This document shows, piece by piece, positions 34,655-46,600 of a stretch of DNA of 64,000 bases. The translations under genes and the position numbers were made by a program. Position 1 is the first letter of the stretch. Each line of letters begins with the position of its first letter. The DNA is from Cetorhinus maximus (taxonomy: Eukaryota): NCBI RefSeq assembly GCF_964194155.1, contig NC_135899.1, positions 68,200,001 through 68,264,000 of the forward strand. Direction: 5' to 3'. The notes beneath the pieces were generated by a model, which did no database searches, was not told the origin of the DNA, and was given only the letters and a program-made list of their open reading frames with translations.

Positions 34655-37600
34655 CTGCAAAATAAAGTGAATTCATTAGTTCTGTTGACAACATAGTTGC
34701 ACATCATTACCAGCAACTTCAGCAAAAAAAGTTCTCCAACTGGTAAGACAATGATACACAAGGCCAGTCTTTCAAGCCTGTCCCATCAGTTAGGTCATGG
34801 CTAACCTGTACTTCAGCTCCATTTACTCATCTTTAATACCTTTAGCCAGCAAAAAACTATTTCAAGTCTTGAAAATTTTAATTGACCCAGCCTCTTGCTG
34901 CTTTTTTGGGGATGTACCAGATTTCTATTACCCTTTGCATGGAAAAGTGATCTCCCATTCCATGCTGAAATGGCCTACCTCCAGTTTTATTACGCCCCCA
35001 TGTTCTGGATTTCTCCACCAGAGGAAGTATATGCATCTACCCTATCAAGTCCATTTATAGGAACATACAATATCTTGATTAGATCACCCATCAACCTTCT
35101 AAACACAAGGGAATACAAGCAAAGTATATGCAAACTGTCCTCAATTGACCCTTTAAGTCCTGGTAGAATTCTGGTGAATCTGAACTGTACTCTTCTCAGA
35201 GGTCAATATACCTCGAAATGCCCCAAAAGGAAAGCAGTACTTCAGAAGGGGGTCTAACTAAGCCTCTGTACAAATGGACTAGCATTTCACTTTTGAATTC
35301 CAATCCCTTAAGGTAAAGGCCAACATTCCATTAGTCTTTTGGATTATGTTTTGTACTGGTGCACCGACTTTTAGCTATTTGTGTACCTGGGCACCTTAAT
35401 ACTTTGCTCTTCCAGAGTTCCGAGAAATATTCGGATTTGTCTTTCTCAGATCTCTGAGCTGTTCCATGACAGTTAATTATTCATTAGCACTTGGTGACCA
35501 ACAGATAGACTCTTTGCCCCCTCATATTTCTCATCTACATGCTGCCCTCGGCAACATCATCCAAATACAAAGTGTCAGTTTCCACATGTACAGTGATGGC
35601 ACCCAGCAATATACCTCACCACCACCTCTCAACCCCACTGCTGGTTCTGGTTTGTCACACTGCTTGTTCTGACATTCAGTATTGGATGAGCTGAAATTTC
35701 CCCTAAGTAAACACAGGGAAGACAAGCTCAGTTCCCCAGGCACTGATTCATTCCCCTCCCTGGACAGTCTCAGGCTGAACCAGAGTATTCACAACTTTGG
35801 TGTTCTATTTGTCCTTGAGCTAAGCTTCTGACCTCATATCTTGTCCATTGCCAAGTCCACCAACTTCCAACTCTGTAACAGCATCTATTAAAACCCTGAA
35901 ATCCACACCTTTATTGTCTCCAAACTTGACCATTTCAATACTCTTCTCTCTGACCTACCAGATTCAACTCTTCATAAACTTCAGCTCATCTAAAACTATG
36001 ATGCCCATATTGTAACTTGCACAAAGTCCTGTTCATCCATGTTCATGTGCTCGTTGATCTATACTGTTATTTGTTTATAAATACCAAAAAGTGCTAAGTA
36101 AATGCACTTTAAACCCCATTCTGTACATCTACTTATATGGTGAACTATTTAACAATACCTTCCAGTACTAGACAGAATAACTGAAGGCTCAGCTTGGGAC
36201 AAGTGGCATCTCTAATTCTTGCTTCTACGTTGACTGCACAATCTTCAGAAAGAGATTCAGAAAACGTTCCCTCAGTGTATGAGGAACATTTAATCATGAA
36301 GCAATTGACTACAGCAAGTAATGAAAGCTTCAAGGTTTTACTCATCCCTGTAAGCATCTTTAAAAATAATGGTTAAGCAAGCCGCAGCATTACTCACCAT
36401 AATGTCTGACGTATAACTGACAACATATTGATGACCAATCTGGAAGTGACCAATGTGACATCTGAGATAGAAAGAATTCAGCGGCATTCACACCCTGCAC
36501 TCCCATCTTATTCTGTTCTTACCTGTAATTTTGATTTTGTTTTCTGTTCATCCTTTTCTGGAGATAGTGTATGGAAGACAAAGTTACGGGAGTTGGCACG
36601 AGGAGCATTTAGATTCACATCTGACATTGCTGCTAGTTTCTGCAATACTTCTCGGGGTCGATTTAACAGCGATCCATTTTTTATCTATTAAATATATATT
36701 AAAAAAAGTCAGTAACATCTCTTGCCCCCAAGTCAACTTTTGATTCTCTGCAGGTATGAAGGAAGCCACAAAGAGAATATTTCCACATATAATTATAACA
36801 GTCCCACAAATCTGGCAGTCTTGGAATGGTTGATATCAGCCATCTCAAAAAGAGCCCCATTACAAAATTGAAAGTGCTTTTCAGCATATTTATGAGCATA
36901 CCCAATTTTCCTATCTGTGGGAAATTGCTTAAAACTCAGTTGGTGTGGAAATCTATTGATGGGACTGGTAAGATTTCATTATTTCCACTAAACTTATTTA
37001 GTTACTGAAACAAATCTTGACAAAAAGGCCTGACTTAGAAAAACTCTCTCACTCAGTGCATAAACCTTTGATCAGCTGTGAAAAAGGGTAGGAAGGCAAA
37101 CTATTACTGCTAGATTCTACCTTGCAGCACCGCAAGCAGTCAGTAGGCACTGCATAACAACCTACACTGACATCACCTCCAAATTCTCCCTTCCTTCACC
37201 CCAAACACAGGAAAAAAGTCCTGTCCTCACAATGCACCCCATCCCTTCACCAAAATGCCAGTACACATCTGTGGTGAACTTGTTCTCATTGGAAATATCC
37301 TTTACAAAAGTCAAGTCTCACTCTACTGCAATGGGTATACTTTGTAGTACAATCTTACAAAAATGTCCTGTAGAATAAAAAAGGTTTAATCAAACACAGA
37401 CATTACCTACTCAGTCGAACTAAAATGATTCCTGAATAGTTGTGACATTTAATAAAGAGTCTTATGTGATGACATTACTTCCCAGGGCTGGTCAAAAACA
37501 CCAACTCAAAATTAAATACAATGCACAAACCACTCTCAACTTAAGGCATTTGTTCAAGGGGAGAGATTCTAAAGTGGGGTTAAAAAATGGAATGATCCTA

Positions 37601-40600
37601 TAAAGGTGAAGGGTTTTATTTTATTCTAAAAAAAGATGAGAAATGTCTTTTAAGTGGTTATAAATAGGCAACATTTTAAAGTGAATCTGAAAACACCATT
37701 TTTAAAACTCTCATATCCCTTTTCTTCACCTCTCATTTTTGGAAAACTTAAAATTGGGAACATTTTTTGAAACTCGTGCAAGCAACCAATTCAATAATTA
37801 TCACATACCAAAAGGAGAGAGGAGGATTTCTGGGGCTTGAGTGCCATCGATTCTTGCTGTTTCCTTTCTGGAACTACTTCCACGGAACTACCTGCAAACC
37901 CAGATATGGCAATCATCAGATCGAGCCTCCTCTAATGATTTATGCTTTACATAAAGTAATCCCAAGTGGCTGAAAATTAGTTCTACGTTTTATGGTACAA
38001 TCTCAATCTTGTTCAAATGGACTTGTCTCCGGTAGGTTTCTACACAAGATATATTTTTGATAAAATCTAGTACAACGATTATGTTACTATAACTAAAATA
38101 CATTCAAGAATAGGACTGAAGTTGGTTCCACTTGCAGTAAGGCACTTGGTTTTCACCCATTCTCTTTCAATCAGAAAATGTTTCTTGCTGAGTTATAGAG
38201 TGCTATGAAGAACATTGATTTCAATGGTTAACAATACCTTTCTGCAAAGTTTTCACTGTAATTTTCTTTGCCAGTTTCATGAATTGGCTGTCTTCGCCAA
38301 CCTCTTCCTCACTACCTGCATCCTGAGACTGGAGCGAAAGGAAGAGATATTATATTTCAATCTGATAAAATCCAATAGATTTAACTTTAAATTGAAATTG
38401 GAAATATTAAAATGAACAAAATTTGCTTTCAGTATGTAAAAATTGTGTGCAGACCAAAACACATTTTATTTCAGAGGCTATCCTCTCCCCCTAAGTGAAT
38501 AAGAAATTCTCACCTACTCCTCTCTTCAAAATGGAGGGCAAAAGAAGCCTTCAATTACATTTGAACTAAAATTACACCTCAATTGATGTAGATTTTCACA
38601 TCTCTTTGCCTTCCACCTCCTCCGAAAAACATAAGTTGATATTTTGAGCAAGCCGATTTCCTTATCGAGAGTTAGAAAAGCCGGATTTTTGCACCTTTAC
38701 AGGGACCTTCTGTTCCCAGTGCCGGATGTATTTAATTTCCCAGGGGTGCATTGTGAGCAACACTTAAATCACTGCTTGAAATTGATCGCACTGGATAGAA
38801 ATTATAACTGTAGAACATAGCAAGACATCCAGGGGTGTCTGATATTGCAAATGGTAACAGTATGATCAAATAAGGAAGGAATTTTGAAAAGAACAAAGAA
38901 CAAAGAAAAGTACAGCACAGGAACAGGCCCTTCGGCCCTCCAAGCCTGCGCCGATCATATTGCCTGTCAAACTAAAACATTTTGCACTTCCGGGGTCCGT
39001 ATCCCTCTATTCCCATCCTACTCATGTATTTGTCAAGCTGCCTCTTAAACACCACTATCGTACCTACTTCCACCACCTCCTCTTCCGTGTTTTGACATGT
39101 TGACTGAGCAAGTACTTCAGCAGTATGTCACACATGGAAAGATATCCTGCACTTGCATTCCAGAACTTCTATATCTTAACTAGTATGTTTTGGTTTATTC
39201 ATGTAATAAAATAATGTTGACATTAACAAAATTAGATTCTGTTTAAAACACAGGTGGTGACTTCTGCAATGAGATTTGGTTAGTCAAGCAGAACTTGGAA
39301 CTTCAGCTAGTTTGAATTAATATCTGGATCAAAGCCCTATCACGGCATTATCTTATGCAAAGCTACTTGCCTATGTACAGCATCGTTGAGCCAGGAATGC
39401 GGAATCATTTAAGTCGCGAATCACTCCACACCCAGTTTTGGGGCTCTGGAGTATACCTGATACATGAGTATGTAAACAAATGATCCATTTTATTGTGGTC
39501 TCTTTTCTCCCCAATTCACCAGCTCTATAAAAACTTGTATGTAGCTGGCCAGCAAGCCAAGCAACAAAGTCAGAACCAAAATGTAAAATTATATGCCAAT
39601 GTTGGTGTGAACCCTATCAAATATGGTTGCTGCAAGAATTCAAAAGGTTAATAATTTTACTGTAAGATGCCAAACTAAGTGCAACACTCTATTCTCAATC
39701 ATCAGTAAAGTTTTTAGATATATAAAGGGTAAGAGAGAGGCAAAAGTGGACATTGGGCCGCTGGAAAATGACGCTGGAGAAGTAGTAGTGGGGAACAAAG
39801 AAATGGCGGAGGAACTGAATAGGTACTTTGCGTCACTCTTCACAGTGGAAGACACGAGTGACATCCCCAAAGTTCAAGAGAGTCGGGGGGCAGAGCTGAG
39901 TATGGTGGCCATTACCAAGGAGAAGGTGCTAGGAAAACTGAAAGGTCTGAAGGTGGATAAATCACCTGGACCAGATGGATTACACCCCAGAGTTCTGAAG
40001 GAGATAGCTGAAGATATAGTGGAGGCATTAGTGGTGATCTTTCAGGAATCACTGGAGTCAGGGACGGTCCCAGAGGACTGGAAAATTGCTAATGTAACCC
40101 CCTTGTTTAAGAAGGGAGTGAGGCAAAAGACGGGAAATTACAGGCCGATTAGCCTGACCTCGGTCGTTGGTAAGATTTTAGAGTCCATTATTAAGGATGA
40201 GATTTCAGAATACTTGGAAGTGCATGGTAAAATCGGGCAAAGTCAGCATGGTTTCATCAAGGGGAGGTCATGCCTAACAAATCTGTTAGAATTCTTTGAG
40301 GAGGTAATGGGTAGGTTAGACAAAGGAGAGCCAATGGATGTTATCTACTTGGACTTCCAGAAGGCCTTTGACAAAGTGCCGCACAGGAGGCTGCTCAGTA
40401 AGATAAGAGCCCATGGTGTTAGAGGCAAGGTATAGCATGGATAGAAGATTGGCTGTCTGGCAGGAAGCAGAGAGTGGGGATAAGGGGGTCCTTCTCAGGA
40501 TGGCGGCCGGTGACAAGTGGAGTTCTGCAAGGGTCAGTGTTGGGACCACAACTTTTCACTTTATACATTAATGATCTAGATGAAGGAACTGAGGGCATCC

Positions 40601-43600
40601 TGGCTAAGTTTGCAGATGATACAAAGATAGGTGGAGGGACAGGTAGTATTGAGGAGGCAGGGAGGCTGCAGAAGGATTTGGACAGGTTAGGAGAATGGGC
40701 AAAGAAGTGGCAGATGGAATACAACGTGGGGAAGTGTGAGGTCATGCACTTTGGTAGGAAGAATAGAGGCATAGACTATTTTCTAAATGGGGAGAGAATT
40801 CAGAAGTCTGGAGTGCAAAGGGACTTGGGAGTCAACTTGCAGGTTGAGTCAGTAGTTAGGAAGGCAAATGCAATGTTGGCATTTATTTCGAGAGGACTAG
40901 AATATAAAAGCAGGGATGTGCTGCTGAGGCTTTATAAGGCTCTGGTCAGGCCACATTTAGAATATTGTGAGCAATTTTGGGCCCCGTATCTCAGGAAGGG
41001 TGTGCTGGCCTTGGAGAGGGTCCAGAGAAGGTTCACAAGAATGATCCCAGGAATGAAAGGCTTAACATATGAGGAACGTTTGAGGACTCTGGGTCTATAC
41101 TCGATGGAGTTTAGAAGGATGAGGGGGGATCTGATTGAAACTTACAGAATACTGAAAGGCCTGGATAGAGTGGATGTGGGGAAGATGTTTCCATTAGTAG
41201 GAGAGACTAGGACCCGAGGGCACAGCCTCAGAGTAAAGGGAAGACCTTTTAGAACAGAGATGAGGAGAAACCTCTTTAGCCAGAGAGTGGTGAATCTATG
41301 GAATTCATTGCCACTGAAGGCTGTGGAGGCCAGGTCATTGTGTGTATTTAAGACCGAGATAGATAGGTTCTTGATTGGTAAGGGGATCAAAGGTTACGGG
41401 GAGAAGGCGGCAGAATGGGGTTGAGAAACTTATCAGCCATGACTGAATGGCGGAGCAGACTTGATGGGCCGATTGGCCTAATTTCTGCTCCTATGTCTTA
41501 TGGTCATGGAAGGGGTCATCAACAGTGCAATCAAGCAGCACTTGCTTACTGCACCTGCTTACTATCACTCAGTTTGGGTTCCATCAGGGTCACCCAGTTC
41601 CTGACCTCATTACAGTCTTGGTTTAAACATGGTCAAAACAGTTGAACTCCAGAGGTGAGGCGAGAGTGTCTGCCCTTGGCATCAAGGCAGCATTTGACCG
41701 AGTGTTTCATCAAGGGCCCTTAGCAAAAATGGAGTCAATGGGAATCGGGGGAAAACTCTCCGCTGGTTGGAATCATAGCTAGCACAGAGGAAGATGGTTG
41801 TGGTTGCTGGAGATCAATCATCTCAGTTCCAGGACATCACTGCAGGAGTTCCTCAGGGTAGTGTCCTCAGCCCAACCATCTTCAGCTGCTTCATCAATGA
41901 CCTTTCTTCCATAAGGTCAGAAGTGGGGATGTTCGCTGATGATTGCACAATGTGCAGCCCCATTTGCAACTGTTCAGATACTGAAGCAGTCCATGTCTAA
42001 ACGTAGCAAGGCCTGGCCAATATCCAGGCTTGGGCTGACAAGCGGCAAGTTACATTTGCACCACACAAGTGCCAGGCAATGGCCGTCTCCAACAAGAGAG
42101 AATCTAACCATCGTCCCTCGACATTCAATGGAATTACCATTGCTGAATCCCCCACTATTAACATCCAGGGGGTTACCATTGACCAGAAACTGAACTAGAC
42201 TAGCCGTATAAATACTGTGGCTACAGAGCAGGTCAGAGGCTAGGAATCCTGTGGCGAGTAACTCACCTCCTGACTCCCCAAAGCCTGTGCACCATCTACA
42301 AGGCACAAGTCAGGAGTGTGATGGAATACTCTCCACTTGCCTGGATGAGTGCAGCTCCAACAACACTCAAGAAGTTTGACACCATCCAGGACAAAGCAAC
42401 GCTTGACTGGCAACCAATCCACAAACATTCACTTCGTCCACCACTGACACACAATGGCAGCAGTGTGTATCATCTACAAGTTGCACTGCAGGAGCTCACC
42501 AAGGCTCCTTGGACAGCACCTTCCAAACTGATGACCACTACCATCTAGAAGGACAAGGGCAGCAGACACGTGGGAACACCGCCACCTGGAAGTTCCCCTT
42601 CGAGCCACTCACCATCCTGACTTGGAACTATATTGCCGCTCCTTCACTGTCACCGGATCAAAATCTTGGAGCTCCCTCCCTAACAGCACTGCGGATGTAC
42701 CTGTACCACACGGGCTGCAGGTGGTTCAAGAAGGCAGCTCACCACCAAATTCTCAAGGGCAATTAGGGATGGGCAATAAATGCTGGCCTAGCTAGTGAAG
42801 CCCACATCCCATGAATGAGTAAAAAAATCTAACAGATGAATCAAAACCAGTGGGCATACAAAAAGTACCTGCTCACGAAGCCACTGTTCTCGTTCAAACC
42901 GATCTTTTCGCCATTTTACTTCTGATTCATCTACTTCCTCATCTGGTTCATCCTCAGATTCTCCATGGAACAAGTCAGTCTGTGAAGAATCATCTGAAAT
43001 AAAACACATTTATAATATTCAAAATAATATAGATTTTAAATTTAAGTCAGGAGGTATTCACAATTCACCTCTGTTTGCTTCCCCCCTTAGCTGCGTGTCT
43101 TTCAGAGAATTTGTCACTTACAACACAATGGTCCAGCACTGGGGGGATATAGATACCGCATCTCGCAAATAGTCGATAGTAAACGAGTCTACAACAAGCA
43201 TATGGTGTCTTTCCTTGCGCAGACAGTGAAAAAGTCACCAGCGTGACCAATGGATTAAAGCTGCAGTTTGCTTCAACTGAAATGAGGCTAACGATCACCA
43301 ATCAGGTTTGTCATATGCAAAAGAAAATTGCATTGCAATAATGCAGCTTGCTTTAGTAAATGTGTATTGCTTGAAGTCATATGGCAGTGTTTAAGAGTAT
43401 TTGTCAGAATTCAACCAAGTTATCTACATTTAAACAACACCTCGTGTGTGTAAGGAACCATTATGGCTCACTGCTACTCCTTTTCCAGACTATTTAAAAA
43501 TAAACAAGTTTAGACTAAAATAACCTCCATGATAGCCCCGTGATGATCTCATCTTAATATGTTGACATTTGGAAAAACACTGTATAAACATACCAATATT

Positions 43601-46600
43601 TTTCCAACGGAATTTCCGTGCACGACCTGGCCCATCACTGTGCAGGTCCCCATCAGCTAGGTATTGCTCTTGATAAAGACGCAATTGTCGCTTATCTTCA
43701 TCCATCAATACCTTCCTGCAGGTGGTGGGGTCATGAAATGGAAGAAAGGAATCAGTACTTTTAAGATAACGAAGAATCAATAAAAAATACACTCTGCTCA
43801 ACCTTGTTCTCATGTCCTAAGTGTAGTGCACTAAAATCTATGACATCTTTCTTCTACTTAAGAGAGAGTTAACCTCCAACATTCATTTTTTACTCAATCA
43901 TGGAAATTTAATTGCATGACAATTTAAGCCTTGGCCTTATAATCTTAGAGGACAAGTGGAGAGGATTGTAAATATTCCTCTAGTTACGTTGTTTAATTTC
44001 AGATGGTGTTGCAAAGTACCGATCTGGCTCATTAACTAGACAATAAGCTCTTTAACTTGATTGCTGTGTAATTTAATCACATGGCTTCCAGAAAGCTATA
44101 CAACGAAAACATTCTAACTATGAACAAAACTTTTCCTTTGGAATTATATTATAGCAATAGTAGGAAGCTTCTTCATATTTCTAAAAGAAAAATCCACAAT
44201 TGCTGACCAGGAATCCTCTTGAAGTAACCATTGTTTCAAAAGAGAAAAACAGAAAAGAAATTGTGGGCGAATCATCGGTGCATAGAAAAAGATATACCCA
44301 GGCAAAATAATGGCCCAGACTCTGCAGTCAGCAGTGAAGGAACAGCATTTGCCATTCACTCTACTGGCAGCTGCTCACAAAGTCAGAGGGCTTCCTTGAA
44401 TGCAGTGAGAGATCCAGGGTTCTTATGTTACATTGAAGAATCCTCATGAGCCATGCAAAGTCTAAACCAGGAAATATAAAGCAAGTAGCATAAAGTAAAC
44501 TTAAACATGTACGATAAAAGATTCAGAGAGAGATGGACTAGAAAGAGGGATGAGACACAGAAAAAAAAGTTCAAACCTCCAGCATGAATATTCTTCAGAA
44601 AGATGAAGACTCCACACTTATAAAATTTAATTTTCAGAGACAGAGGGGTTGCTAGAAATAATTATTAATTATTGTGACATTAAAAATTACTCCAAAATGC
44701 ACCAGCCTCAACTTTTTTCTTTACTGGGCAAGAATTGTTGAATCCGGTAAATAGATTTTATTCTCCTAAAAGGTTTTTTGGTTAATCCTGTTTAAAATTG
44801 ACCTCACTATAACTGGAAGGCAGTGCACAATGGCATCTGGCAAAAGGGCAACGAAGTTCTACGAATGTAATCCAGTGAAATATTCAAATTCTTTATTTCA
44901 TCCTTAGCCTTTCTGCAATATTACAGGTAGAAGACTGTTGGGCAAGTACTCACGTGTGAATTTTGTTCACTTGTTCCTGCAGTTCCTCATCTGATGGCAG
45001 ATCCTCTTCAATTACATCCTCTTCATAGTCATCAGATTCTGCATCATATTCATCATCACTTGCCACTTCACTGCCTGAGAGTTCAGCCTCATCTTCTACA
45101 AAATCTTTTAGTTTCCTATAAAATAATTCTGGATTAGAGGCACACCTGGACTGAAATAACCAATATTTTACTGCAGTATCTTAAAGATATATTCTCTATA
45201 TTCCTTCTGATGGCTGGAGTATGGTTATTTGGGCAACAGCAGCTCTCATACATCGGCCAAATGGTGACTTTTCAGGTGGGAGCCTGGAACGAGTATCTGC
45301 AGGCCATTTGACCATGGGGCACGCAACCATATTAAGACACAAGCAGAATACTGCGAAATGCCAGATATTGTTTTCTTCTGAAGTCTAATTAATTTTTCAG
45401 TAAATGGAATAACGAATAGATGAAAAGAATTCAACAGATCACAGTTTACAATATTCAACTGAATTCAAATCTTTTCCAATTAAGTCAAATAATGATTAAG
45501 GAGACATGTGTTGGAAATACACATTAGAAATATAACCAAAGGTGCAGCTGTGGTTCAGGGGGAAGGAGGAGAAATAAAATCTTTGTCATTCTCACAGTTT
45601 GCGTTTCATCAGAACTTCCCGGGCCATCTGCTCTTCTTCATCTTCCTCTTTTTCGCCGTCTTGCTCTTCGCCACTTTCTTCATTCTGATTACAGAAATTT
45701 GACAAATTCCTCTTTTTCTCATTTGCCAATTAGACAAAAAAAACTATACACGACTAATTACATCATATTCACGTTCTCTACATAAATTCATTAGATGTAG
45801 AGTGTTTGGCACATCAGAATTGACACAAATGCAAGTTCCTCTGGCAACAATATTTATTATCTTCAATCCTGGAAGAGTGCACCTGACCAAACTAGTGTGA
45901 ACTGTTTTGTTCATTTTATCAGACACCCTTCCAGCATCTAAGCAGGACTGCAAATTTATAGGTGGGTTTTTTGCTTTGGTCCAGTAACCACTGGAAACTC
46001 AGCTGAGGCTGCCCAAACGAACCAATATAGGCTAATTACAATCAATTATTAGCTGTAATTTACATTAAATGGCAGATACAACTAAGACAGATCTTGCAGA
46101 TTTAATCAGCAGCCCACTCAGCATTTATGGCACTAATTTCAACCCACGTCTTTCAAAGCACTGAGCCAGCTCAGGCAGAATTCCAGCTCCCTTTTCTTTA
46201 AGGGCTTAGCCTGCTCCCCAGATGACAGCAGCACACAACCAAACCCAGTTCCACGGGCATGATTTTCACCAAAATGGTGCACGTCTGTAAAACCTCAACT
46301 TTGCTTGCGACATTCTTGATGGCACAGATCCACTAATCATCTTCACGTAACAGAAACAACTGCAGCAACTGTCTATTCCCAGCTCCCATCTTTTTCAGCC
46401 TGCCTGCACTGCACCATTGCGATCATAATCTGAGCTCAGATGGCTCTGTGTCCTTTTATACATCTTCAACCAGTTTCAGTTTCCTCAGAAGTTTTGGTTT
46501 CCAATCTTAGTTTTCCTAGAAATTGAAGGTTGTTTCCCTTTTCAGTTAGGGAAAAAAATACAAACATTGGAACCACAGATTCCATCATACATTTGCTTCT

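Noticed and set aside
39623-41424. Two longest ORFs (270 and 316 aa) as a host gene or domesticated RT
   Set aside because: Ordinary 5'-truncated CR1 ORF2 with a frameshift and a normal 3' tail.
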